Shown here: one piece after another, positions 37,716 to 47,367 of the stretch
Layout of the letters: each line of letters begins with the position of its first letter
Numbering within the stretch: position 1 is the first letter of the stretch
Translations under genes and position numbers: made by a program
Notes under the pieces: generated by a model
The model's input: the letters and a program-made list of their open reading frames with translations, nothing else
Databases searched by the model: none
What the model was told of the DNA's origin: nothing
From: Candidatus Latescibacterota bacterium
GTDB lineage: Bacteria; Latescibacterota; UBA2968; GCA-2709665
Length of the DNA stretch: 64,000 nucleotides
Assembly (NCBI GenBank): GCA_965203805.1
Contig: OZ241917.1
Location: 3,072,001-3,136,000, forward strand
Reading direction: 5' to 3'

Positions 37716-38969
37716 ATGATTCGCAAGATCGAAGTCCTCCGTTTCGGCTGCCTGCGTTTCATCAGCCGGCCGCTGGATGCGTTTCACATTCTCGTTGGGC
37801 CCAATGCCAGCGGGAAAACCACCCTGTTGGATGCCATCGCATTCCTCGGCGACCTCGTTTCCGACGGGCTGGAGGAGGCCGTCGAAAAACGCACGGACGA
37901 CCTGCGCGACCTGGTCTGGCGCCGTACCTTCGATCCGTTCGAACTGGCCATCGACCTGAGCGTACCGGAGCAGAAATCCGACCTCTTCGAAAACCGGCAA
38001 TACGATCGATGCCGGTACGAAATCACCATAGGGCCGTCAGCCGAAACGGGTGAGACCGCCATTCTGGCCGAACGCGTCCTGCTTCTCCCCGACGATCCTC
38101 AGGAAGACCCCGAGTGTGAACAGCAGACGCTCTTCCCGGTGGACCGCCCAATGCCGGACACGCTGGCCCTGCCCCGCGTCAGAGGCGCCAGGACCATCGT
38201 GCATAAGGTTCACGGGAGCAATGACAACTTCTACTACGAAACCGGTACCGGATGGGACCACTCTTTCAGGCTGGGTCCGAGGCGGTCCGCTCTGGCCAAT
38301 CTGCCGGAAGACGAAACCCGATATCCCGTAGCGACCTGGCTGAAGGGCGTACTCAACAACGGAATTCAGCGCCTGGTACTGAACAGCGAGAGTATGCGTC
38401 GTCCCAGCCCGCCCGGCCGCCCGGCCGGATTTCAGCCCGACGGCTCCAACCTGCCCTGGGTTATCGCGGCCCTGCATGCCAGCGCGCCCGAACGGTTCAC
38501 GGCGTGGATAGGTTGTCTGCAGTCCGTTCTTCCCGACCTGAGGTCCATTCGCACAATCGTACGTCCCGAGGACCGGCACTGCTATCTGGTTTTCCAGGAC
38601 CGAAACGGACTCGAGGCGCCCTCCTGGGCCATTTCAGACGGCACCCTTCGCCTTCTGGCCCTCACGCTTCCGGCATACCTGCCGGATTTTGGCGGCGTCC
38701 ATCTGGTAGAAGAACCCGAAAACGGAATCCATCCCCGGGCCGTCGAAACGGTATTTCGAGCGCTCGCTTCCATAGAAAACGCCCAGATCCTCTTAACCAC
38801 ACACTCGCCCGTCATTGTGGGCCTGGCGGAAGGCAGTCAGATCATCTGTTTTTCCAGGACGGAATCCGGCGCCACCGACATGGTCCTCAGCACCGAAAAT
38901 CCAGCACTCCGCGAGTGGCAGGGCGAAACCGATCTGGGCTCCCTGTTCGCCGACGGCGTGCTGGGATAG
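37716..38969 (+). CDS. AAA_21-type ABC ATPase (defence-type, Mad3-like)
   Basis: VGPNASGKTT, ISDGTLR, VEEPENGIHP, LTTHSP. Confidence 0.8.
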   Translation: MIRKIEVLRFGCLRFISRPLDAFHILVGPNASGKTTLLDAIAFLGDLVSDGLEEAVEKRTDDLRDLVWRRTFDPFELAIDLSVPEQKSDLFENRQYDRCRYEITIGPSAETGETAILAERVLLLPDDPQEDPECEQQTLFPVDRPMPDTLALPRVRGARTIVHKVHGSNDNFYYETGTGWDHSFRLGPRRSALANLPEDETRYPVATWLKGVLNNGIQRLVLNSESMRRPSPPGRPAGFQPDGSNLPWVIAALHASAPERFTAWIGCLQSVLPDLRSIRTIVRPEDRHCYLVFQDRNGLEAPSWAISDGTLRLLALTLPAYLPDFGGVHLVEEPENGIHPRAVETVFRALASIENAQILLTTHSPVIVGLAEGSQIICFSRTESGATDMVLSTENPALREWQGETDLGSLFADGVLG

Positions 38970-39107
38970 AACGATGAGCGCCTCGGGAACGAGAGCGGGA
39001 GGAACCGCCGGCGACCCGACCGCCCGGGCGGTTCGTCCTTATCGCCGCAGCGATTGCAGTCCGACGACGTCACTGTGGAATAACAAAGGCATTCGAGGAC
39101 ACACCCT

Positions 39108-40277
39108 GTGGATGAACTGACGTTGAAATACGGTTGCAACCCGCACCAGACACCCGCGAGAATATTCAACGAGCGCGGCCCGCTGCCCTTCCGGGTCCTG
39201 AACGGCGCGCCAGGCTATATAAACCTTCTCGACGCGCTCAATTCCTGGCAGCTTGTAAAGGAACTTGGAGAGACTCTCGGCACACCCGCCGCGGCTTCCT
39301 TCAAACACCTCAGCCCCGCCGGCGCCGCCGTGGCGGTGCCGCTCAGCGACGATGTGAAGAAAGCCCTGTTTGTGGAGGACCTGGACCTCTCGCCACCGGC
39401 CGTCGCGTACGCCCGCGCCCGAGGCGCCGACCGGCTATCTTCGTACGGCGATTGGGCAGCACTGAGCGACACGGTAGACGTCGCCACCGCCAGGCTTCTT
39501 CGCCGGGAGGTTTCCGACGGCGTGATTGCGCCCGGATATCATCCGGAAGCCCTGGATATATTGAAGCGGAAAAAAGGCGGCGCCTATCCGGTCCTTCAGA
39601 TCGATCCGGATTACAAACCCCGGGAGACTGAGCGTCGGGAGGTATTCGGACTCACGTTCGAGCAGCGGTCCAACACCCGTTCTACCGGCCCTGAGATTTT
39701 GAAGAACGTCGTTACCCGTAAACGGGAGATTCCTCCGGAAAAGGCCCGCGATATGCTGGTGGCCACGATAACGCTCAAGTTCACCCAGTCCAATTCCATC
39801 TGCTTCGCACTGCAAGGCCAGGCCATCGGCGTGGGCGCAGGCCAGCAAAACCGCCTTGCGTGTACGGATATCGCCGCCAGGAAAGCCGAAACATGGTTTC
39901 TGCGCCAACACCCCGCGGTGCTCGATCTGAAATTCAGACGGGGCGCCAGGCGACCCGAGAAGATAAACGCCATCGAACGCTATCTCAAGGGAGACATGCC
40001 TCCCGAAGAAGAGAGCGTCTGGCGGACTTCATTCCGCAATGCGCCGCCGCCCCTCGAGGATTCGTCCAGGCGGGAGTGGCTGCAGCGTCTCAAGGGTGTC
40101 ACCCTGGGTTCCGACGCGTATATTCCCTTCCGGGACAACATCGATCGCGCCGCTCAAGCGGGGGTGGAGTACGTTATCCAGACGGGCGGTTCCGTACAGG
40201 ACGATGCCGTAACCGCCGCCGCGGATGAATATGGCATGGTCATGGTCAACACCGGCATCAGGCTCTTTCATCACTGA
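39108..40277 (+). CDS. purH: AICAR transformylase (PurH C-terminal domain only)
   Basis: LKYGCNPHQ, SFKHLSPAG, KFTQSNS, GAGQQNR, SDAYIPFRD, IRLFHH; no IMP cyclohydrolase domain. Confidence 0.9.
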   Translation: MDELTLKYGCNPHQTPARIFNERGPLPFRVLNGAPGYINLLDALNSWQLVKELGETLGTPAAASFKHLSPAGAAVAVPLSDDVKKALFVEDLDLSPPAVAYARARGADRLSSYGDWAALSDTVDVATARLLRREVSDGVIAPGYHPEALDILKRKKGGAYPVLQIDPDYKPRETERREVFGLTFEQRSNTRSTGPEILKNVVTRKREIPPEKARDMLVATITLKFTQSNSICFALQGQAIGVGAGQQNRLACTDIAARKAETWFLRQHPAVLDLKFRRGARRPEKINAIERYLKGDMPPEEESVWRTSFRNAPPPLEDSSRREWLQRLKGVTLGSDAYIPFRDNIDRAAQAGVEYVIQTGGSVQDDAVTAAADEYGMVMVNTGIRLFHH

Positions 40278-40323
40278 CCTCGATTCGTCAACTTTCGGTA
40301 ACGTTAATTCGAATATACCCAAG
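40278..40323 (+). mobile_element. MITE family A, copy 5 (end fragment)
   Basis: CTGA (purH stop)|cctcgattcgtcaactttcggtaacgttaattcgaatata. Confidence 0.75.
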
Positions 40324-40456
40324 GAAAGATCGAGAGTTGAATGCTGTTTCCTGCCTGGAAAACCGACTCCTTTTCCCCGCAGCGGCCGTGAGACCGGCAC
40401 GGTGAAATCGAGATGGCCGCATTTCTCCAGATAACGAAAAAATACCAAATTTTCCG

Positions 40457-40485
40457 TTGACGACCGCGCAAACGGGCCTTATATT
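40457..40485 (+). promoter_or_regulatory. sigma70-type promoter
   Basis: TTGACG-N17-TATATT upstream of the sigma gene. Confidence 0.6.
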
Positions 40486-40575
40486 TATCGTCCGACACGG
40501 CGTCAGGACGCCACAAATCCAGGATAAACCGGTGTACCTGAGGGCATATACCGTAGCAAATGGAGATTTTCGGAC

Positions 40576-41412
40576 ATGCAATCCAGAGGATCGATTGGCG
40601 ACACAGACATCTATCTGCGCGATATCCGAAAATTCACGCCGCTGAGCAAAGAAGACGAAGCTCATGTGATCGCCGACGCCCAGAAGGGCAACCGCAGAGC
40701 CCTCGACCGTCTTATCACAGCCAATCTTCGATTTGTCGTCCGGATCGCTCGGGAATACAGCGGACGCGGACTTCCCCTGTCGGATCTGATCGCCGAGGGC
40801 AACCTGGGTCTGATCCGGGCCACACGGACATTCGATCTGGCGCGCGGGCACAAATTCATCACGTACGCGGTCTGGTGGATTCGCCAGGCTATACTGTCGG
40901 CACTCAACAAATATACCCATCCGGTTGTGTTTCCAGTGAATCAGATCGACGACCTCGACGTCATCAACAGGGCGAAGAATGCCCTTTCGCAATCGCTGGG
41001 CCGGATACCCGATCTGGGCGAGATTGTGGAGAAGACCGGCATGCCGCTCCGAAGGCTGCGCCGCGCCCTCGAGGCCAACCGGTCCACCGTATCGCTGGAC
41101 AGCCCCACGCACGAAGGGTCTTCCGGTGTATACGCAGACACGCTTCCGGCCCGGGACTCCCGCCCTGACGAACAGTTCGAGGATGCCCGGATCAAGAAGC
41201 TGCTGAAGGAATGCCTGAATCGGTTACCCCGGCGCGAAGCGCGGATCCTGAGTCTGTATTTCGGTCTGGATTCCGATAAACCCGAGCCCCTCGAACGGAT
41301 TGGCAAACGTCTGCAGATCAGCAGGGAACGCGTCCGGCAACTGAAAGACAGGGCGCTCAACAGGCTCAGACTCAACTTTGTGCAGGAGAACATGATTTCG
41401 CAGACGGAATAA
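40576..41412 (+). CDS. RNA polymerase sigma-70 factor, RpoD/RpoS family lacking region 1.1
   Basis: ANLRFVV, DLIAEGNLGL, KFITYAVWWIRQ, SRERVRQL. Confidence 0.92.
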   Translation: MQSRGSIGDTDIYLRDIRKFTPLSKEDEAHVIADAQKGNRRALDRLITANLRFVVRIAREYSGRGLPLSDLIAEGNLGLIRATRTFDLARGHKFITYAVWWIRQAILSALNKYTHPVVFPVNQIDDLDVINRAKNALSQSLGRIPDLGEIVEKTGMPLRRLRRALEANRSTVSLDSPTHEGSSGVYADTLPARDSRPDEQFEDARIKKLLKECLNRLPRREARILSLYFGLDSDKPEPLERIGKRLQISRERVRQLKDRALNRLRLNFVQENMISQTE

Positions 41413-41425
41413 AACGACACCCGCA

Positions 41426-41463
41426 CAAAAAAAAGGGCGGCCTGAGTGGCCGCCCTTTTTTTG
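41426..41463. terminator. Bidirectional Rho-independent terminator
   Basis: A8-GGGCGGCC-tgagt-GGCCGCCC-T7 between convergent genes. Confidence 0.9.
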
Positions 41464-41498
41464 CATGTACTAACCGCTTACTGCCCCGAAAAACCCGA

Positions 41499-42677
41499 TC
41501 ATTTACTAACTGCCTGCTGTTTCAATAACTGTATTTCCCGCTGGAGACGAAGGAATTCGCGATACAAGGCCTGGTTGCCCTGCTGAAACGAAAACTGCGA
41601 AGTACCCGAATAGGGTTCATAGCCGACCGGCGGAAATTCTCCGGATTCGGGCGAAAGCTTACCCACCTCGACGCGTGGCGTGTCCGGTTGCTCGCCTCGT
41701 TTGATTTTCATCCGCACTTCGGTTCCTGGAGTGGTGGACAGAACCAGGCTTTGCAGATGCTCGGCGCTTTCCACCTGCTGCTCCTGGAACGACATAATCA
41801 GGTCCCCTCGAACGATACCGCGTTTCGCCGCAGGGCCGTCGGGCGCAATGCTGACCACGCGCACGCCGTGGTATTCGGGGTCGTATTCCCCGGTTACGCC
41901 CAGCCATCCGTAAACAGTCTGTGAACCATTCAGAAGGCGTCGGGCGATACGAATCGCACGGTTGATCGGCACCACGAATACCGTGGTTGGAATCTCTTGT
42001 GCCATTCGGACATCTGTAGTCCCTTCGGGAAGAATACCGGACCACGGATCGGGCGGTAACGCCCAAACCAGGCCCAGAATCTCCCCGGAACTGCAGAAGA
42101 CCGGCGCGCCGCCAAAACTGAGGCGCACCGGCGCCGCAACATGAATCAGGTCCTGCGACCGGTCGACATTGTGTACGTATCCGAACGATGGTGTCAGACT
42201 CCCGAAACTGTTGCCCAGAATGAACGCGTAATGGCCAATGCGGACCCCGTCGGAATTCCCGACTGCAATCGGCTGCAGTCCTTCCGCCTCGATCCGGATA
42301 ACCGCCACTTCCGAAACCGGATCCGATGCAACGAAACGGGCCCGAAGACGACGCCCGGTACTCAGGGTTACCCAGATTTCCTGGGCGTTTTTCACCGCAC
42401 GGTGGACCGTAATGACGTTGCCCCTGGAATCCAGGACGAATCCGGTGCCATGCATGAATCCCTTGCCGTACTGCAGCCCTTCCACCACCCCCATCTGGCT
42501 GATGCTGGTATGTATGCGCACAACCCCGGCCCGGTTCTTCTCCAGAATCTCGGCTCTCTCTTCCTCGATTCCCCTGAGCACGCTGCCGGCGCCGCAGTCC
42601 GTTGCACCCGGCCCGGCCAATAGGATCCCCACCATAACGGGCGCCATCCACAGGGGTCTGCGCAGATTCGTTTTCAT
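41499..42677 (-). CDS. HtrA/DegQ-like trypsin + PDZ protein with a degenerate catalytic triad
   Basis: GTGFVLD, GNSD..RIG..LGN, GWLGV PDZ; the GNSGG motif reads SFGGA. Confidence 0.85.
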   Translation of the reverse strand: MKTNLRRPLWMAPVMVGILLAGPGATDCGAGSVLRGIEEERAEILEKNRAGVVRIHTSISQMGVVEGLQYGKGFMHGTGFVLDSRGNVITVHRAVKNAQEIWVTLSTGRRLRARFVASDPVSEVAVIRIEAEGLQPIAVGNSDGVRIGHYAFILGNSFGSLTPSFGYVHNVDRSQDLIHVAAPVRLSFGGAPVFCSSGEILGLVWALPPDPWSGILPEGTTDVRMAQEIPTTVFVVPINRAIRIARRLLNGSQTVYGWLGVTGEYDPEYHGVRVVSIAPDGPAAKRGIVRGDLIMSFQEQQVESAEHLQSLVLSTTPGTEVRMKIKRGEQPDTPRVEVGKLSPESGEFPPVGYEPYSGTSQFSFQQGNQALYREFLRLQREIQLLKQQAVSK

Positions 42678-42709
42678 TGTCCGTATCGACTTTCTCTCCC
42701 GGAGATTCA

Positions 42710-43297
42710 CTAAAAGGACACCCGGCGCACATTTGCCAGGTGCCGACCCGGCCGCGTCCGCACCATTGACGCGGCCTTTACGGAATCCGGCCGGCCGGCC
42801 CGGTAACCCTGCTCCAAAACCGGATGGGACGTTTTCTGCGAAAGCATCTTCAGGGCGCCCCGCCTGTCTTCGACGGGAAACGACGAAAATGCGGGCGCCA
42901 CGAGTGTCATCTGATGGACACGATCCGCAGTGGCCGCGCGTGTCTCTGGAGCCTCGTCGAGTGCCGTAGTCATGCCCAGCGCCATCAGTACGACGGCCGC
43001 GGCCGATGCAAGCGCTCTAGGTATGGTCGGGAAAAATACGTCAGGCAGTCTGTTCCACAACGAAGGCTTTTGAGACGCCTCCATCATCAGACGGCTCCGA
43101 AGCGCAAAATCGAAGCCTGCGGAAGGCCTTTCACGCGACATCCGGGCCAGCCGCCGGGTCAGGTTCCTGACGCCTTCCAGCGAATTTGCGCAGGCAGGGC
43201 ACGCTTGCGCATGGCTTTCCATCTGCGCCCGCTTTGTACCTGCGACCTCGTTTTCGAGATAGTCCGATAATCGGGCCGCAAACTCGCTGCAAGTCAT
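42710..43297 (-). CDS. Zinc-finger (zf-HC2) anti-sigma factor
   Basis: CSEFAARLSDYLE..HAQACPAC followed by a TM helix. Confidence 0.88.
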   Translation of the reverse strand: MTCSEFAARLSDYLENEVAGTKRAQMESHAQACPACANSLEGVRNLTRRLARMSRERPSAGFDFALRSRLMMEASQKPSLWNRLPDVFFPTIPRALASAAAVVLMALGMTTALDEAPETRAATADRVHQMTLVAPAFSSFPVEDRRGALKMLSQKTSHPVLEQGYRAGRPDSVKAASMVRTRPGRHLANVRRVSF

Positions 43298-43378
43298 GTG
43301 ACCCTCACCCATGTTCTTCCTCCAATGGTTCTATTCGATGACCAGTGTCCGTGCGGTACGGCAGACGGTTCCAGGCTG

Positions 43379-43984
43379 TCAGACCACCAGCCCGACGTCC
43401 CTTCCTTCATTTTTCAGCTTCTGCTGCAGTTTCAGACGAGCCCGGTTCACGCGGGACTTGACCGTACCCACCGGACACCGGCTGATCTTTGCAATCTCCT
43501 GATACGACAGCCCCTCGACGTCCCGAAGCAGGATGACCTGCCGATAGTTTTCCGACAGGGACGTGATGGCCCGATGAATCTGTACATCCGCGATTGAAGA
43601 TTCGGTGATCCGGTCCGGCCGGTACGATTCGTCGGGCAGTTCCATCCCTGTCTCGTTCTCGTCGTCACGGTGAAGCGGAAACAGCCGCCAACGTTTTCGA
43701 CGTCTCAACTCGCTCTTGGCCAGGTTGCCGGCAATTGTAAACAACCAGGTGGAGAAATTCGCAATTGCCCGATATTCGTTCCGTTTCCGGTACGCCCTCA
43801 GGAAGGCCTCCTGAACGATATCCTCGGCTGTCTCCCGGTCGCCGACGAATCGAAAGACAAAGTTGTATAACCGACCTCTGTAACGGTTTACAATCTTTCC
43901 ATAGGCTTCAATATCGCCGTTCGCAACATCCGTCAGAACATCAACATCCGAAACCGTACCGTTATCCGTGCTTGCCATAAGCAT
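43379..43984 (-). CDS. ECF sigma factor (RpoE/SigW-like)
   Basis: AEDIVQEAF, FSTWLFTIAGN, LSYQEIA..GTVKSRVNRAR. Confidence 0.93.
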   Translation of the reverse strand: MLMASTDNGTVSDVDVLTDVANGDIEAYGKIVNRYRGRLYNFVFRFVGDRETAEDIVQEAFLRAYRKRNEYRAIANFSTWLFTIAGNLAKSELRRRKRWRLFPLHRDDENETGMELPDESYRPDRITESSIADVQIHRAITSLSENYRQVILLRDVEGLSYQEIAKISRCPVGTVKSRVNRARLKLQQKLKNEGRDVGLVV

Positions 43985-44064
43985 TGACTTCCCCCCTTTC
44001 ACCTGCTACGCCCTCGGGAATGGGGTCTGCAGAACCCTCAATCCAGACGATTGCCAAACAGCTT

Positions 44065-44092
44065 TTAAACCCTCTGGTTTGAGAAAAGTTCC
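44065..44092 (-). promoter_or_regulatory. Candidate autoregulatory ECF promoter
   Basis: Minus strand GGAACTT-N16-TTTAA upstream of the ECF gene. Confidence 0.5.
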
Positions 44093-44103
44093 CGAAAAGC
44101 TGA

Positions 44104-44294
44104 CTTTGATCCGTCATTTTTCCGGGACGTTAATTCGAATATATGCAAGTTGATAAAGGCGATTTTACTACTGATTTCGATGAACCTTCAGGTCACTGGA
44201 CGTGAAGGGAAAAAACGTCCTTCCGGACGACCTTTTCGGCCCGTTTCGGAAGGTTTCGTCGCAGCGACCCGTTGCCGTTTTTGTCGAACTGTGG
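44104..44294 (+). mobile_element. MITE family A, copy 4 (191 bp, CTGA target duplication)
   Basis: CTGA at 44100-03 and 44295-98; ends CTTTGATCCGTC / GTCGAACTGTGG. Confidence 0.88.
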
Positions 44295-44544
44295 CTGACG
44301 AATCGGTAACGATTTCCGGAAAAACGACAACCCGTGTCTTTAAGTCACAACCGGAAATCAAAGGAACGGGATTTCGGGGTACGAAAACAGGTGAATCTCC
44401 ACGCTTTCGATGCGGTTTCTCCGCTTGACATCCGGCATCGTTGTGGGTTAATTATAGCCGTTCCAACACGGAATTGCAAGACCCGCATCTACCGACGTCG
44501 CATCTGCCATTTCAATCGTTCAAGACCGAATGAAAGGGTTTTCA

Positions 44545-46545
44545 ATGGCGGCAAATCCAGACCGGACTCTAGAACGGGGCGGACGATATTTCCCGCCTCA
44601 GGAACTCAGCGAACAGGCGCATGTCAGTGGTTTCGAAGCATACGAGAGGCGGTACCAGGAATCCATCAGGGACGTCGAGGCATTCTGGGCCGACGTGGCG
44701 GGAGATTTCCACTGGTTCAGGAAGTGGGATAACGTACGCGCATATAACTACAACCTTAACGAGGGACCCATCTCCATCAGGTGGTTCGAAGGCGCGAAAA
44801 CCAGCATCGCGTACAATTGCCTCGACCGTCACCTGCAAACGCGCGGCGATCAGATTGCTATCATCTGGGAAGGCAACGAACCGGGTGAAGACGGAAAGCT
44901 GACCTACCGGGAACTCCACGAGCAGGTCTGCAAATTCGCCAACGTACTGAAGTCTCGCGGCGTGAACAAGGGTGACCGGGTTTCCATATATATGCCGATG
45001 ATCCCCGAACTGGCCATCGCGATGCTCGCATGCGCCAGGATCGGCGCCGTACACTCCATCGTATTCGGCGGCTTTTCCGCCGATGCGCTTGCGGACCGAA
45101 TTGTCGATTCCACCTGCCGGGTTGTCATTACAACCGACGGCATGTTTCGAGGCGACAGGCCGATGGAGCGTAAGGCTTTTGCCGATCACGCCATGGCCAA
45201 TGCCGATGGACGCATGGGCGGCAAATCCGTGGAAACCTGCATTGTCGTCCGCCGCGTGGGCGAACACAAGGGTATTTCATGCCCCATGCTGGACGGCAGA
45301 GACATCTGGTGGCACGACGCCATGGCAACCGCCAGCCCGGATTGTCCCTGCGAAGAGATGGACGCCGAAGATCCGCTCTACATCCTGTATACCTCCGGGT
45401 CCACCGGCAAACCCAAGGGCGTGCAGCACAATGTAGGCGGATACATGGTATACACCGCCTATACCCACAGAAACGTCTTCGACTATCATGATGGCGACAT
45501 TTATTTCTGCGCCGCCGACATCGGGTGGGTCACCGGACACTCGTACATCATTTACGGTCCATTGGCGAACGGCGCAACCTCCGTCATGTTCGAAAGCACA
45601 CCGGTTTATCCCGATCCGGGGCGTTACTGGCAGGTCATCGACAAATACAAGGTCAATCAGTTCTATACGGCGCCTACGGCGATACGGGCAGTCGCGAAAG
45701 AGGGGGAAGCGTGGCCGGCCAAATACGACCTCTCATCGCTGAAGCTTCTGGGGACCGTTGGCGAGCCCATCAATCCGGAAGCCTGGATGTGGTACCACAA
45801 CAACGTAGGTCGGGGCCGGTGTCCCATTGTCGACACCTGGTGGCAGACCGAAACCGGCGGTATTCTCATCACCCCGCTTCCGGGTGCAACCGCCACGAAG
45901 CCCGGCTCCGCGACCTTTCCCTTCTTCGGTATCAGGCCGGTCGTCCTCGACCCGGAAACCGGCAGGGAACTGGAGGGTAACGGCGTCCAGGGCGTTCTGG
46001 CGATCGCGGAACCCTGGCCCGGACAGATGCGCACCGTGTACGGTGACCACAACCGATTCGAGGAAACCTACTTCCAGCAATACAAGGGCTATTATTTCAC
46101 CGGAGACGGCTGCCGCAGGGACGAAGATGGCTATTACTGGATCACCGGTCGGGTGGATGACGTCATCAACATTTCCGGGCACCGCATGGGCACGGCCGAG
46201 GTGGAGTCCGCCCTGGTCTCCCACGAAGGCGTGGCGGAAGCGGCGGTAGTGGGTTTTCCGCACGATATCAAGGGCCAGGGTATCTACGCCTACGTAACCC
46301 TGAACGTGGGCGTGGAATACGTCGACACATTGAAAGACGAATTGAAGGCATGGGTGCGAAAGGAGATCGGTCCCATCGCCACACCCGACGTGATCCATTG
46401 GGCGCCGGGTCTGCCCAAAACCCGATCAGGCAAGATTATGCGCCGTATCCTGCGCAAGATAGCCGCTGACGACACCGGTGATCTCGGTGACACGTCCACG
46501 CTTGCGGAACCGGCGGTTGTGGATCAGCTCCTGGAGAATCGCTAG
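44545..46545 (+). CDS. acs: Acetyl-CoA synthetase
   Basis: [37 protein letters not shown]. Confidence 0.96.
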   Translation: MAANPDRTLERGGRYFPPQELSEQAHVSGFEAYERRYQESIRDVEAFWADVAGDFHWFRKWDNVRAYNYNLNEGPISIRWFEGAKTSIAYNCLDRHLQTRGDQIAIIWEGNEPGEDGKLTYRELHEQVCKFANVLKSRGVNKGDRVSIYMPMIPELAIAMLACARIGAVHSIVFGGFSADALADRIVDSTCRVVITTDGMFRGDRPMERKAFADHAMANADGRMGGKSVETCIVVRRVGEHKGISCPMLDGRDIWWHDAMATASPDCPCEEMDAEDPLYILYTSGSTGKPKGVQHNVGGYMVYTAYTHRNVFDYHDGDIYFCAADIGWVTGHSYIIYGPLANGATSVMFESTPVYPDPGRYWQVIDKYKVNQFYTAPTAIRAVAKEGEAWPAKYDLSSLKLLGTVGEPINPEAWMWYHNNVGRGRCPIVDTWWQTETGGILITPLPGATATKPGSATFPFFGIRPVVLDPETGRELEGNGVQGVLAIAEPWPGQMRTVYGDHNRFEETYFQQYKGYYFTGDGCRRDEDGYYWITGRVDDVINISGHRMGTAEVESALVSHEGVAEAAVVGFPHDIKGQGIYAYVTLNVGVEYVDTLKDELKAWVRKEIGPIATPDVIHWAPGLPKTRSGKIMRRILRKIAADDTGDLGDTSTLAEPAVVDQLLENR

Positions 46546-46572
46546 CGAAATGTCCAGCTGGATTTTGCAACA

Positions 46573-46602
46573 CCAAGAGGGAGCCGGACGGCTCCCTCTT
46601 GG
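46573..46602. terminator. Perfect hairpin after acs
   Basis: CCAAGAGGGAGCCG-ga-CGGCTCCCTCTTGG. Confidence 0.65.
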
Positions 46603-46629
46603 CGTATATATGAGACGCATCGCACCGGC

Positions 46630-47337
46630 ATGAACCCCTCACCCCGGAAATCTCTTCTCCTGCTCTCCGGCGGCATGGATTCCACCACCCTCCTATGGTG
46701 GATGCGGGACCGAGGCATCTCCGAAATCCACACCGTTTCAGTCGACTATGGCCAGCGCCACGCAGTCGAACTCGAAGCCAGCGCGACGCTTTCCCGGATG
46801 GCCGGCGCGACGTCCCACCGCTGTCTGAAACTCGACCTTCGGCAGATTGGCGGGAATCCGCTCACGGACACAGGGCACGCGGTTCCCGCGGCGAAGCAGG
46901 GTCGGCAGACGCTGACCGTCGTCCCTTTCCGCAACATGCTCTTCGTGACCCTGGCTGCCGCCTGGGCAGAGGTGAAAGGTTGCGGGAATCTCTATCTCTC
47001 GCCGGTCCGGAATGACTTCGAGATTTACCGGGACTGCCGTCGCGAGTTTTACGATATGCTTGAGAAGACCTTGCGCCTGGGCGCCACGCGGCCGACCGAC
47101 TACCGGATCCACACCCCGTTTGTGGAAAAATGGAAAGACGAAGTCGTGAGCATGGGAATTGACCTGGGTGTGCCCTACGCCGAGACCCACACCTGCTACG
47201 AAGGCAGACGCCCCGCCTGCGGCCGTTGCGACGCCTGCGTGGAACGCGTTGCCGCATTTCGCGCCAATCGCGCCGTGGATCCGCTGTCCTACGAAATCGA
47301 AATCGACTGGACGCGACCCTCGACACCCCGTCAATAG
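46630..47337 (+). CDS. queC: 7-cyano-7-deazaguanine synthase
   Basis: LSGGMDS, DYGQRH, VPFRN, YRDCR, TCY..CGRCDAC. Confidence 0.92.
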   Translation: MNPSPRKSLLLLSGGMDSTTLLWWMRDRGISEIHTVSVDYGQRHAVELEASATLSRMAGATSHRCLKLDLRQIGGNPLTDTGHAVPAAKQGRQTLTVVPFRNMLFVTLAAAWAEVKGCGNLYLSPVRNDFEIYRDCRREFYDMLEKTLRLGATRPTDYRIHTPFVEKWKDEVVSMGIDLGVPYAETHTCYEGRRPACGRCDACVERVAAFRANRAVDPLSYEIEIDWTRPSTPRQ

Positions 47338-47367
47338 GCGGCGTCGCGCGCCGTATCTCCGACCGGA

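Noticed and set aside
25756-47337. queD + queC as a 7-deazaguanine DNA-modification (dpd) system
   Set aside because: They are 20 kb apart with no dpdA/tgt-like, folE or queE neighbours; ordinary queuosine genes are more likely
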